The notes under the pieces were generated by a model. The model was not told where the DNA came from. It ran no database searches and was given only the letters and a program-made list of their open reading frames with translations. Shown here one piece after another: positions 42,699 to 54,486 of a stretch of 64,000 nt of DNA. This stretch comes from an uncultured Planctomycetaceae bacterium (lineage in GTDB: Bacteria > Planctomycetota > Planctomycetia > Pirellulales > PALSA-1355), in the NCBI GenBank assembly GCA_963785305.1, contig CAWAUV010000008.1, forward strand, positions 704,001 to 768,000, written 5' to 3'. The translations under genes and the position numbers were made by a program. Position 1 is the stretch's first letter, and each line of letters starts with the position of its first letter.

Positions 42699-45068
42699 TC
42701 AACCTCCGGCCGGCAAGAGACCGCGCATCTGCATCGGCTGGAGCATGATCCACGCGCCGACCGCGAACAGCAGCACGATCAGTAGCGCCCAGGGCGCGAG
42801 TGCTCGCCACGAGCGCCCGACGCCGCCATCGCCCGCTTCGGCGATCCGCAGTCCCGCATAAAGCGACACGAGCAACCCGACTTCGAGCATCGCGACTTCA
42901 AGCCGCGGCAGCCAGTCGAATGCCGGCGCAACAGGAATAGAGCCACGCGGGCCTGCCCATCGCCATGAGTCCCACGTCGTTGCAAAACCGTTGGGCAGCC
43001 GGCAGCGCGGCGGTCCAGCTTGTGATGAAGTGGAAGCTGTAGTGCGCGAGCCAGAGCGAAAACGTCAAGGGAACCAAGGCGAATACGAACCGAGAAGCGT
43101 TTTCCGTTCGCCGCTCGGCGAGCCCGCCCCAGGCGCGGCTCGCGACCGCGGCTAGAGACACGAGCGCGAGCGGCGCGAGAATGATCGTCGCCAGATAATA
43201 CAACGTGGTGATTGTCCATTCGGGCGGGTTGCCCCAGGCGGTCCGCAGGCGAGTTTGCCAGGCGACCATCGGCTCGACCATGCCGCCCGCATTGGCCAAG
43301 GCGCCGAAAGCCAGCGCCGCGACCAGCGCCGCGATGTCGCCGCGGCGGCTGAATCGCCCGATGCCCGAGCGCCACGCATCGCTCCACAGTGTCGCTCCCG
43401 GCGTCACGAACAGCAGCCCCACATTGTCGTGCGGACAAGCGCGCGCGCAGTCAAGGCAAAAGGTGCAATCAAGATTGCCGACCTTTCGAGGCTGAAAAAG
43501 CTGCATCGCGCATCCCGAGGTTTGGGCATTGCCGCGAATGCAATCGTGGGTCGTGCAAGCGGCGCAAATCGCCGCGTGGCGGACCTTCACTTCCCAGGGC
43601 GAGACGAGCGATTGCACGAAATTGAACTGGCCGATCGGGCAGACATATTTGCAAAACGAGCCGCGCGTGAAATATGGCGTCGACGGCAAACGCGGCCCCG
43701 AAATATCCGATCGCGATCCAGGCCGTGAGCCAAGGATCGTCCCAGAGAGCGAGCGCTTCGTAGCTCCATAGAAACACGAACAGCAGCGCGATGGCGGGGC
43801 CCTTGTTGCGAAGCGCTCGGGGCCACGCGCGGCGAGAGCCAGCCGCCGGGCAGCCAACGGCCCGCGAGCGTCCGCGGCGAGCGTGAAAGGACAGGCCATG
43901 CAGAACAAATTGCCACATGCCAGCAGCCCCATGACAATCACCCCGCGCCAGTGAATCCACGGCAGCACGCCGGCCAGATTCATCGGCGCCGACGCGCGGG
44001 CCGCGAAGACCATCGACGATCACCGCCACCGCTAGAAACGCCAGCGCGATTTGCAAGCTCGGCCGAAACCAACTCGCCCGCGCAGACGCGGTTCACCCAG
44101 CGCGCTCGTAGCGGATCGCAAAGCACTCTCGGCCCAGGCGACATATCGCGCGAGCCACGCAAGTCGACGATGGGCAGCGGCGCGAACGACCCCGCGTCGG
44201 GCGCGGGCGCGAAGCAAGAGCTGGGCGAGCCGGCCACGCCGACGTCTCGCCGCTTGGGAACATACAGCAGGCCGACCGCAATCCAAGCCAGCGGACCCAA
44301 AAACACGATCGAGCCGGGCGCCCACATCAGCACGCCGGCCAGCGATTGATCCTCGAGCGCCGAAATGCCCGCCACGCGCGGCGCGGCGGCGTAGTGTGGA
44401 TACACGACGCGACCGGAAAACGTGAGCCAGGCCGCGAGCACCGTGTTTTGAATGTCGGCCAGCAGCAAATAGGGCAGCAGCAACCAGCGCGACCAGCGGG
44501 GCCTGCTCGGATAGGGACGAACGACCGGATACCAAAACACGAGCGCGCTCAAGAGAAACGACCCGTGTTCGACGATGTGCCACCCGTTTCGCGCAAGCGC
44601 CAGTTCATAGGCCGGCGGCATGTGCCAAAACCAAGTCACGCCAACATAGATCGGCCAGGCGACCCATGGCCGCGTGAGCCAGGTGAAGATTTGTCGCAAG
44701 CCGGCGCAAGCGCAAGTTGGCGCGATCCACACTCTGGCGCACTGCGCTGGCGCACCGCGAACGAGCGGAAACAGTGGCGCTCCCAGCCACACAAGCGGCG
44801 GCGCCACCATCATCAGCAATAAATGCTGGGCCATGTGCGCCTCGAGTAGCAGCGAGGCGAATGGCTCGAGCGGCGAAGCGAGCGCGAGATAGATCGCCAG
44901 CAGTCCGGCGGTAAACGCCGCCAACCGGCCCGGCCCCCAGCGACGGCGATCGGCGCTACGCAACAGCAGCCAGCCGCGCAGATAGACGATCCATGGGACG
45001 AGCAGCCCGACGGCGAGCCAGGGATCGCCGGGCCAGGAACGGAGCATCGCGTCGAACGTGGGAGTCAT
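42699..45068 (-). CDS. ctaG: Caa3-type assembly factor CtaG fused to a membrane 4Fe-4S ferredoxin domain (multiple frameshifts)
   Basis: 'HMAQHLLLMMVAPPL', 'WFWHMP', 'HIVEH', 'DQSLAGVLMW', then 'NLFCMACPF', 'FCKYVCPIG', 'CAACTTHDC', 'CTFCLDCARACP'. Confidence 0.85.
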
Positions 45069-45117
45069 GGCGTGCGTTGTGTCCGACGCTCTTCGATCGC
45101 GCGACGCCGGGGACGGT

Positions 45118-46621
45118 TTAGGGGCCAGCGCGGCGCGGTTCTGGCTGGTTGTCGAGAGTATGTGTCCGGGGCTCGGTTGGCCGCGATTGTCCGCTAGGTC
45201 GCAAGCTCACGAGAAACGCCACGAGGGTTCCCATTTCCGGGGGATTGATCTCGTGACCAAAAGCTGGCATGTTGCCCCCGCCCGGCGTGCCGTTGCTCGT
45301 TTGATCGATCAGTTGATCGGCCGTCAGCCGTCTGCCGACGTCGGTGAGGTCGGGCCCGCGCCGGCCGCCGCTGCCTTCGAGCGCGTGGCAATTGCGGCAG
45401 TTCTTGACCTGAAACACGAGCGCGCCTTGCAACTGCATGGGCGACTTGCCGACGACAAGGTTTCGCGGAACCGGGTCGCCGCTCCAGGCGGTCATTTCCG
45501 GCGACCAGGGCGCCGCGACGCCTTCATAGGTCAGCGCGGCCAGGGTCGTATAAATCACCACCACCATCAGCACCGCCATCGGACGCCGGCTCGGCGAACG
45601 CTGACCGCGATTGCTGACGAACGGAACCGCGAACAGCGCCGCGATCAGCAATCAGCGGAAACACGAGAATGATAAACGTCTCGGCATCGGGTGGGCTGAG
45701 CGAAAGCAGGGCAAACAACCAGAGAAACGGCCATTCGGGCCGCGGATTGGCGCCGCCCATGCGTCGGGTCGGGCGGATCGGTCGGGCCCTTGGGGCCCAC
45801 GATCGCCGCGATCGCCACCACGACAATCACGGCCAGCGACGAAATCACAATATCCTTGAGCAGCGCGTCGCCGAAAAATGGCACGCCTCGCTTCAGTTCT
45901 TCATGATATTCGACGTCGTAGGTCTTGGGATCGACCGGCTCCGAGGGCTTGGGCGGCTTGCTCACGCCCAGTCGCAATACTTGCCACAGATGCAGCCCTA
46001 GAAACGCCAGCAAGGCGCCGGGAATCACGAACACATGCAGCGCGAAGAATCGACTCAAGGAATCGCCGCCGATCGTTTCGCCGCCGAGCACCAGCTGCAC
46101 GACCCAAGGGCCGATGACCGGCACGCGCCCGGCCATGGAGCCGGCGACGGCGAGGCCCCAGTAGGCGTCGGGGTCCCAGCGGAGGATCTGTCCGCTGAAA
46201 AAGATGCCCCAACATGCACAAGAGCAACACCACGCCCACGACCCAGGTCAATTCACGCGGATACTTGTAGGCGCCTTGCAGAAAGACTTGCGTCATATGC
46301 ACGAGCACCATCACCACCATGCCCGAGCCGGCGTAGTAATGCGAGCGCCCGCAGAAACCAGCCGAGCGGTTGCTGATAGTCCAGGTAGAGCAAGCTTTCG
46401 TAGGCTTGGCCGGCCGAGGGCACATAGACCAACGCCAAGCCGATGCCGGTGAGGATCTGAATCGCGAGAAAGGTCATCGACGCGCTGCCGAACACATACC
46501 ACCAGCCGAGCGGGCCATCGATTTCCCGGGGCACCGGATGGCGCATCATCGGCAAGATCGTCTCGCGAAAGCCGACGCGGAAGTCGATCCAGTCGCCGAG
46601 TTGTTTAAGCAAGCGTTTCAT
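45118..46621 (-). CDS. qcrB: Cytochrome b of a bc complex with C-terminal c-type cytochrome (frameshifted)
   Basis: 'WWYVFGS', 'HYYAGS.MV..VLVHM', 'RFFALHVF', Qo motif 'PEWP', heme motif 'CRNCH'. Confidence 0.9.
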
Positions 46622-46650
46622 CGGTGGCGAGCCCCCCGGGGCACACGGCG

Positions 46651-47200
46651 TCAGGCGGTTTTCAGCGTGTCGTGCAAAGTCGGATAGTGCGGCGCCCGCA
46701 CTACAAGCTGTCCGTCGCTAATCTGGTAATCGCAGTGAAACAGGCCGCGTGGAGGCGGTCCCGAGGCCCGCTCGCCATTGGCATGGTACACGCCCCCGTG
46801 GCAGGGACACATGAACAAGCCCGACTGCGGAAACCAAGTGACCGGGCAACCCAGGTGCGCGCAAATGAACACTGAGCACCATGAACCGCTCGGAATCCGG
46901 CAAGTGCGCGCCGTGGTTGCGCACGAACACGCTGGTCTGGCTGGTCATGCCATCCCAGGGCTGGCGAAGCGGATTGTTGAATGTCACTCGTCGAGTTTCG
47001 TTTTCCGCGAAGCTATCCACCGGGCCGAGCGGCACCCATTCGATGCGATGCCGCCTCACGGAGAGAAAATATCCCAATACCGGGATTCCGCTTACCGCCG
47101 CCGCGAGCGCCACCACGGCGCCGCTGAAGAGGCGGAAGAACATTCGGCGTCCGGGTCTCGGGTCGGCGGCCTCGTGGCAGCAGCCTTTAGGCGAATCCAT
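46651..47200 (-). CDS. qcrA: Rieske Fe-S subunit (one frameshift)
   Basis: Tat-like 'GRRMFF', 'CAHLGC', 'CPCHGG.Y'. Confidence 0.92.
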
Positions 47201-47260
47201 GATCGATGAACCTCGATTGCAAAACTTCGCGAGTATCTTTTGTCATTTCCTGGTCGCGTT

Positions 47261-48065
47261 TTATTCCCTCGAATCGCTCCGCGGCGGCTCGGCGTGGCGA
47301 TCGCTCGTCTCGGGCGGATGGTCACGCCACGATGCCAGAAGCCGCACGATCTGCTCGATTTGTTCTCCGGTGAGCGGCTCGAAGCCGGCTCCGCGGCCTT
47401 CGATGCCCGCGAAATCCGGCATGCGAAAATCAGGCCGGCCGGTGATGATCAGCCGCCGCAGCGCCTGATCGCTAATTAGCGCCAAAAACGCGGGATGGTC
47501 GATCGCGCCGGCGCGATTCTTCTGGCGGCCTTCATCGCCCGGCATTCCATGGCAGCCGGAGCAGGCTCGGTGAAAAAGGCCCTCGGCCCGGGCGCGATCG
47601 AAAGCCTTGGACTCCTCGCGCGGGCCGCGAGATATTCAGGCAGCGCTTGGGAAACGCGGGCGCCCGACCGTCGCGGCTTCGATTCCGCCACCAATAGGTC
47701 TTGATTCCCGCGGCCAACACCTGAACCTGCGCTTTGGTAAGCGTGCCACCGTGTTCCTCGGCAAAGGCCGACATGGGGGTGCCCGGGCGACCATGTTCGA
47801 TCACGCGGAGTAATTCATCATTGGGCACGATCGCCAGAAAGATCGGATCGTCGAGCGGCGGGGCCGGGCCATAGTGTCCGTTGGCCCCATGGCAGCCGGC
47901 GCAGTTGCGGCGATAGAGCGCGGCGAAGTCGAGCACGCGATTTTCGGGCAGCGGCCGATGCGCGGGATCAGGTTTGCCGGGCAAAAAATCATCGCTGCAA
48001 CCGGCCACCAGCGCGACCAGCGGCAGCGACCCGAGCAGCACCGCAATGCGAAGGGGATCAGGCAT
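47261..48065 (-). CDS. Di-heme c-type cytochrome lipoprotein (frameshifted)
   Basis: Lipobox 'LVAGC', 'CAGCHG...GTPM'. A second CxxCH (CSGCHG) and 'MPDF' lie in shifted frames. Confidence 0.8.
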
Positions 48066-49379
48066 GGGCGGCGCTCCCCTTGGCTTCGGGTCCCGGACCA
48101 GCCGGCGGAATCGCGCGTTCCTCGGAGCGAATCACCACCACCGACGTCACCACGCCAAACACGAATTGCGAGGCGATGAACCAAGGCCAGTCCACGCGCT
48201 CGCGCAACGCCGGGTTAACCACATCCATCAGCGCGTAGCTTGCCGCCGTCCACAAGAGCGGCAACACGAGCGCGCCCCAGGCCATCGGACTGGGAATCGT
48301 GCCCACGCGCGGCAATACCACGGCAAACGCGAGCCCGAAGCCGATCGACAGCAGGGCATGGACCCCCAGCGCGGACCAGAACCAATCGGAATGAAATGTT
48401 TCGAGCTCGGCCACCGAAATCCCGGCGCGTCGCGGGGCGAGGCCATGTCGGCCAGCAAGTTGATCGGATACCAAATGCCATGCTTGCTGAGCAGGCTCCA
48501 GACGAGAGCCGGCGCCGGCATCAGCAGTCCGCCGACCAGTCCGGCCAGAATTCCGGCGCGAAGCCGGCTGCGGGTGTGCAGCTTCATGAACACGAGCGCC
48601 GCGCCGACGCCGAAAACGAACTGCGAAAGCACGAACCAGGGCCACGCGACACGCTCGCGCGCGGCGGGGTTGAACACGCTCAGGGCAATGAAGCTGGCCG
48701 CCGTCCACAAGAGCGGCATCAGGAGCGACCCCCAGGCGAGCGGCTTGGGAATGTCGGGCAGCGTGGGCAAGAGCACTCCATACATCAGGCCGAGAATCAG
48801 CGACACGATCACATGCGCGCCCACGCCCAAAACGAGCATGTGTGGATGAAACCCTTCAAGGTCTTCGATCGTCATGTTGCCCATGCCGGGCAAGACCATG
48901 CCAGCCAGCAGGTTGATCGGAAACCAGATTCCGTGGCCGCTCACGAGCCCATAGGCCACGGCCGGCAGCGGCATCACAAGACCGCCGACAATGGCGCCTT
49001 TCACCCCGGCCGAGATCGGATGCATCTTCACCGGCAGCCGTAGTCGATAACCGGGCATGCCCTCTTGCATGCGCACCGACCGCGCCGGGAGCAGCCGCGA
49101 CCGGCCGAGGGCGCAGTGCCGGCGCAACTCGCGGCTCGTGGATGTGGCCGTGGCCAGCCGGCAATTCCCAGATCCACGACGCAAGCCCGATGACGAACAG
49201 CACAAGCCCCACTCCGGCAAACGCCCAGCTCGTGGCCACGCCCACCGCCAACAGCGCGATGCCCAGCGAAAGCACCAGCGGCGCCACGGTGGGACGCGGC
49301 ATCTCGACCGTGGCGGCGTCGTCGCCGTGTTCGGCCGGGCCGTTTCGCGCGCGCTATCTTGGGCTGAATCGTTCATCAT
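48058..49379 (-). CDS. Polytopic membrane protein with two internal repeats (frameshifted)
   Basis: Duplicated unit 'HGIW(F/Y)PINLLA...H...WG...PLLWTAAS...NP...RV.WPWF..SQFVFG'. The N-terminal two-helix segment resembles oxidase subunit IV. Confidence 0.65.
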
Positions 49380-50022
49380 GCGCCACTCTTGCCGGCCACA
49401 TACACCACGAGAAACACCACGACCCACACCACATCGACAAAGTGCCAATACCAGGCCACGAGCTTGACGCCCTCGCTATGCGGGCCGGTCACTTGCCGAG
49501 CCACCGCCAAGCGGAGCACGATCGCCATTGCGATGACGCCGGCCGTGACATGCAATCCATGAAAGCCGACAAGCGTGTAGTACGTGGTTCCAAACAGATT
49601 GCGGCTGATCGTGAGCCCTTGCTTCACGATCAGGTCGTGCCATTCGTAGGCCGTGCCCAGAAGAAACGCGACCCCGAGCGCGATCGTGGCGCTCCAGAGC
49701 AGGCAGAACTTCGAATGTGCATTGCGCTCGAGCGCCGGACTCGGCCAGATGGATCACGAAGCTGCTCGAAAGCAGGCAAATCGTCGTGGCGATCACTACC
49801 GGCAGCGAAAGCGCCTCGCGCGGCGTGGGACCGCTGGTGTCGGCGCCGAGGAATGTGACATATACCGCGATCAGCGTGCAAAAAAACGCGACCTCGGAAA
49901 CGAGAAACGCGATCATGCCCCACTCGGCCGCGCTCGGCCCATGTTCGGGCACGATCGCCGGCGGTTGGGGCCGGGCAGCGCGGACTCGGCGCCGGCCTCG
50001 GGCGGCGGGGGATCGGCGGCAT
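49376..50022 (-). CDS. ctaE: Cytochrome c oxidase subunit III (frameshifted)
   Basis: 'FLVSE', 'GFHGLHV', 'WYWHFVDVVW'. Confidence 0.92.
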
Positions 50023-50040
50023 ATTCTCGCTGCTGGGCGG

Positions 50041-51726
50041 TCATTCGTATTGCCAATCCGGATCGTCCGGATGTTTGAGATCCCAGAGCGGACGGCGGCT
50101 ATGCACCACCGGCGGCGTTTCGAAGTTATATGCTGGCGGCGGCGAGCTCGTGGCCCATTCCAAGGTCCAGGCGTTCCAAGGATCGTCGCCGGCCGGTTTA
50201 CCTCGCCACAACGACCAAAGCACGTTGAACACGAAGATCGCGTAGCTCGGGGTTTGAATGAGCGCTCCGAGCGTGGTGAGTTGGTTCCAGAGTTCCCAGT
50301 GGCGATCGGCGTCGTAGGTGTAAATGCGACGCGGCATGCCGAGCATGCCCGAAACGTGCATCGGCCCGAAGGTCAAGAAGAACCCGATATAGAGCAGCCA
50401 GAAATGCCACTTGGCCAGCCGCTCCGAGAGCATGCGGCCGGTGACTTTGGGATACCAGTAATAGAGGCCCGAGAACACGCCGAACAGCGTGCCGCCGATG
50501 AGCACCCAGTGAAAGTGGCCGACGACGAAGTAGCTATCCGAGAGTTGGAAATCGAAAGGAGCGGCGGCGAGCATGATGCCCGTGAGACCGCCGATCAAGA
50601 ACATCGACAAGAAACCGGTGGCGAAGAGCATCGGCGAGTCGAAGCGGATTTGGCCGCCGTACATCGTGGCCAGCCAATTGAAGAATTTGACGCCGGTGGG
50701 AATCGACACGAGCAAGCTGGCCGCCGCGAAATACACATCGAGCGGCCGGCTCATGCCCACGCAGAACATGTGATGGGCCCAAACCCCCATGCTGATAAAC
50801 ACGATCGCCACGGTGGCCGCCGCCATGAATTCATAGCCGAACAGCACCTTTCGCGAAAAAACCGGAATCACTTCCGTGACCATTCCGAAGGCCGGCAGAA
50901 TGAGAATGTAGACCTCGGGATGTCCGAAAAACCAAAACAGATGTTGCCAGAGATAGGCCGACCCGCCGTTTTGCACATCGAAGAAATGGGCGCCCAATTG
51001 GCGATCGAACATCACCATCACCAGCGCCGCCGTGAGCGGCGGAATCGCCAACAGAATCTGCACCGAAGTCCAAAGAATGGTCCAAACGAAAAACGGCACT
51101 TTGCCCAGCGACATGCCGGCGGCGCGCATTCCCAGAATCGTGGCCACGAAATTGACCGCCGCCGTGATCGTGCCGATGCCGCTGGTGATCAGGCCCAGGG
51201 CCCAAAAGTCGGTCGCCGCGCTGCGGGCGAAGGTGCGCTCCGTGAGCGGCGCATAGGCAAACCAGCCCAAGGCCGGCGCGCCGCCGGTGGCATAGCTGAA
51301 ATAGACCAGCAAGCCGCCGAACAGCGTGACCCAAAAGCCGAACGCATTCAGCCGCGGAAACGCCATGTCGCGGGCGCCGATCATCAACGGCACGAAATAA
51401 TTGCCAATCCCGATCAGAATCGGCATGCCCACGAAGAAAACCATCGTCGTGCCGTGCATCGTGAAGAGCTGGTTGAAAACGTCGGGCCCCACGAATTCGC
51501 TTCGCGGCCAGAACAGTTGCCACCGCATGAGCAGCGCTTCGATGCCGGCGATCACCAAAAACACGAGACTCATCAGCACATACATGATGCCGACTTTTTT
51601 GTGGTCGACCGTCGTCGTCCATGCATGCAGCGCCGCGGTCCAGCCGCCGACTTCGAGCGCCGGCTCGGCCGAGGCGCTCGCGGAGCGCGATTCGTCGAAG
51701 CGTTCGAGCGGTTCGGCAAGCGACAT
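50041..51726 (-). CDS. ctaD: Cytochrome c oxidase subunit I, A1 type
   Basis: 'DHKKVG', 'FTMHG', 'WFFGHPEVY', 'VWAHHM', 'HFH', 'MPRR'. Confidence 0.97.
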   Translation of the reverse strand: MSLAEPLERFDESRSASASAEPALEVGGWTAALHAWTTTVDHKKVGIMYVLMSLVFLVIAGIEALLMRWQLFWPRSEFVGPDVFNQLFTMHGTTMVFFVGMPILIGIGNYFVPLMIGARDMAFPRLNAFGFWVTLFGGLLVYFSYATGGAPALGWFAYAPLTERTFARSAATDFWALGLITSGIGTITAAVNFVATILGMRAAGMSLGKVPFFVWTILWTSVQILLAIPPLTAALVMVMFDRQLGAHFFDVQNGGSAYLWQHLFWFFGHPEVYILILPAFGMVTEVIPVFSRKVLFGYEFMAAATVAIVFISMGVWAHHMFCVGMSRPLDVYFAAASLLVSIPTGVKFFNWLATMYGGQIRFDSPMLFATGFLSMFLIGGLTGIMLAAAPFDFQLSDSYFVVGHFHWVLIGGTLFGVFSGLYYWYPKVTGRMLSERLAKWHFWLLYIGFFLTFGPMHVSGMLGMPRRIYTYDADRHWELWNQLTTLGALIQTPSYAIFVFNVLWSLWRGKPAGDDPWNAWTLEWATSSPPPAYNFETPPVVHSRRPLWDLKHPDDPDWQYE

Positions 51727-51760
51727 GGCAATGACTCAAAAAAACCGCGAATCCGTGGGA

Positions 51761-52826
51761 TCAGTGCAGCGACGACAAATAACGCACGATCTTCTCCTGC
51801 TCGCGATCACCCAGACCGAAGGCCGGCATCAAGCAGCCGGGCTTGATCGCCTGCGGATCGCGCACCCAGCGGGCCAGATTCTCGGCCGTGTTTTCGATCT
51901 CGCCCGAGGCGAGCGTTTGGCGGCTCATCAAGTGCGTGAGGTCGGGCGCGTAGCGGCCATTGGCCTTGGACCCGCGCACTCGATGGCAGTTGACGCATGA
52001 CTGGGCGAGAAACAGCTCGCGGCCCTCGCGCACGGCGGAATCCTCGGCCGCGGGTTCATGAGCGTCAGGCTCCCCGGCGGCCGGCGCCTGCTGCGCGGCG
52101 AGCCAAGCTTGAAACGCCTCGGGCTCTTCGACCACCACGCGCAGCAGCATGTTGGCATGCTGGGTTCCGCAGTATTCGGCGCACTGGCCGAGATGCAGTC
52201 CCGCCTCGCGGGTTTGCAGCACGAGCCCGTTCGTCCGGCCGGGAATCAGATCGACCTTGCCGGCGAGCCGCGGAGCCCAAAAGCTATGGCACACATCGGC
52301 CGATTCGAGCTTCAGATACACCGGCCGGGCGATGTTTTCGTCGCTGGCCGGCATATGCAGTTCATTGGCGGTGATGAAACCGAGCTTCTGGTTGTCGTAG
52401 GATTCGTAGTGGTATTCCCACCACCATTGCCGCCCGACGACCGTGACAAAAAGCGCATGGTCTTCCGGTTGGGGGCTGCAGGCGCGGCGGATTGACTTCC
52501 CAGGTGGTGCGGGTAATTACCAGCAGAAGAAAGAAGACGATCATCGCGGGCGCGGCGGTCCAGGCAATCTCGATCGGCTGGCTGCCATAGACCTGGGCCG
52601 GTTCGCGGCTCTCGCTCGTGCCGCCGACATCTTTAGTCTTCCGGACACGGAATCGCCACACGCAATAGAATAGAACTCCCTCGACGACCAAAAAGATCGC
52701 GGCCGAGACCGCCAAGGTGAGAATCGCCATCGACACAATCGACTCGGTCGCCGGCGAGGCGGGCGAAAAAATCGACAGATCGGGTGTCGGCGGCTCGGCG
52801 ACGGCGAATAAGATTCGGTGATCCAT
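51761..52826 (-). CDS. ctaC: Cytochrome c oxidase subunit II with fused cytochrome c (caa3 type; frameshifted)
   Basis: 'EIAWT', CuA ligands 'HSFW...CAEYCGTQHANM', heme motif 'CVNCH...PDLTH...MP'. Confidence 0.93.
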
Positions 52827-53110
52827 CGCTGCGGGCTCAAGGGGGAGTCATTGATGGCTGGCCAAAGCGGCTCGCTCGTTCTTGGACGTCCGCGGGCGAC
52901 GTTCACGTTGGCGTGTCGCGGAAGAACAGTATACCGACACTGTGCGAATCGACCAGCGGGCGCCGCCGATCGCGGCGCGGCGCCGCGGCGATTGGTCGGA
53001 AATCGAGACCGCTTTGGCGGAAAAAACGGCAAAAAACCTAGCCGTCGAGCCTGCGGCGATTGGGGGGCTTGCGCGGGGCGGATTCTTGTGGTATCTTTTT
53101 TCGCTGCTCT

Positions 53111-53183
53111 GGACAGATAGCTCAGTTGGTAGAGCAATGGACTGAAAATCCATGTGTCGGCGGTTCGATCCCGCCTCTGTCCA
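53111..53183 (+). tRNA. tRNA-Phe (GAA)
   Basis: Acceptor stem GGACAGA/TCTGTCC, anticodon arm ATGGA-CT GAA AA-TCCAT, T-loop GGTTCGATCC. Confidence 0.97.
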
Positions 53184-53246
53184 CTCGCCGTGAAGGGGTT
53201 GCGGCGGCTATAGGTCTGGCCGCCTGCCGCGCGGCAAGACGCGGTG

Positions 53247-53695
53247 TCAGCTCGGCTTTCGATTGCGCTTTGGTTTCAGCGGCTTTTCGACCGCGCGGCC
53301 CAAGATATCGAGACCCGCTCCGTCGACCACCTTCGCCAATGCGTCGACGATCAGTTGATTGAGGCTCTTGTGCGAGATTCTCGCCAGGCTCGCCAGGCCG
53401 CGGTGCATTTCCGGCGTGATGCGCCGACGAATTTGCCTGAGAAGGGCCTCTCCGGCGGCACGCCGTCTTCCTCGCACATCGCGAGATAATCGTCGACCGA
53501 CTCGATGAAGGCGGTTCGGAGATCGCCATGCGACGTGCCTTGGAACGTGATCACGTCGCGCGTGCCGACGACCTCGCCGTGAAAGAAACCGGCTTCCGCG
53601 TCGAACTCCGCGCGGCCGCAGAACCCCTTGTAGGGGCCGCACAAGAAGATCATTGCCGTCGCGATCGGCTTCGGTTTGATTTTGGTCGGCGCCAT
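53247..53695 (-). CDS. hicB: HicB antitoxin (one frameshift)
   Basis: 'YKGF.G..EFD..A..FHGEV.G.RDVITFQG...F..SVDDYL..C...PERPFSGKF', then an RHH-like 'RITPEMH...SLNQLI' in a shifted frame. Confidence 0.92.
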
Positions 53696-53698
53696 TTT

Positions 53699-53944
53699 TT
53701 ACACTCCAGCGGCCATCAGAAAACGCCGCACGGACATGACCGCTCCCTTGTCGGTGTTCGGCGACGGATGTGGGCGATGAAAGTTGGCACGCGCGCCATT
53801 GAGCGTCACCCGAATCCGCGAGCCGGCGCCCTCCTTGATCGCCGCGCCATGATGCCGAAACAGCGCCTCGATATCCGACCAACGAATATTCGATCGCACG
53901 GGATCGGCAAATACGGCGGCGCGAGTGCGTTCGTGCTTGCTCAC
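53699..53944 (-). CDS. hicA: HicA mRNA interferase toxin
   Basis: 'NIRWSDIEALF..GA...EGAGSR......FHRPHP'. Confidence 0.92.
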   Translation of the reverse strand: MSKHERTRAAVFADPVRSNIRWSDIEALFRHHGAAIKEGAGSRIRVTLNGARANFHRPHPSPNTDKGAVMSVRRFLMAAGV

Positions 53945-54329
53945 TCGCCAATAGTATCATTTTACAATACTGTCGTCAACATTGTCGTCAACCGCCCTCT
54001 GTCCCGCGGCGAGATCTATTTTCGGGACGCATTCCGCTGAACAATGGACTGAAAATCCATGTGTCGGCCGTTCGATCCCGCCTCTGTCCACTGGTTCGCG
54101 CAACCCGCGCCCTTGGGGTAAAATCCAACCTCCAAAATAATCGATCGGTCGCGCTTTGCTTGCTCGAGCGGGCCTCTCAACCGTCGATCGCCGAAGCTCG
54201 CGACTTCGGGGACATCGCCGCTTTTTTAATCTTCAAACACCTCGGAAAAAACCGAGGTCAGTGCAACGGATTTGGGGCCAGTTGCACTGGGGAGCTGAGG
54301 ATCGGTTGAATCGGCCGACGTTGTCAGCG

Positions 54330-54486
54330 GTGAATTACAATTGCCCGACTGCGTATTGCCACTGACGAAATGCCGAACCTCAAGGAGTAACCCTGGGACG
54401 AGGGTGAGTTCGTGACGATGCCCGAGCGTGTGCAGTGCCAGCAATGCGGACATTCGTTTGCCGTCGAGCATTTCAAGAACGCATAA
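54330..54486 (+). pseudogene. Decayed small Zn-ribbon gene remnant
   Basis: 'NYNCP.C' ... internal TAA ... 'PERVQCQQCGHSFAVEHFKNA*'. Confidence 0.35.

Larger units (their letters stand above)
53135..54092. mobile_element. tRNA-Phe-anchored mini-island bounded by 51-bp direct repeats (attL/attR)
   Basis: The tRNA 3' part (53135-53185) is repeated at 54042-54092 with one mismatch and encloses only hicA-hicB. Confidence 0.85.

Noticed and set aside
49717..51846. 709-aa plus-strand ORF (and similar long ORFs at 4321-5604, 16000-17268, 26207-27604, 38419-39783)
   Set aside because: These are antisense shadows of real genes in high-GC DNA, with Arg/Ala-rich non-protein-like composition.
54042..54092. 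Second functional tRNA-Phe
   Set aside because: It lacks the acceptor 5' strand and D-arm, so it is an att duplicate.
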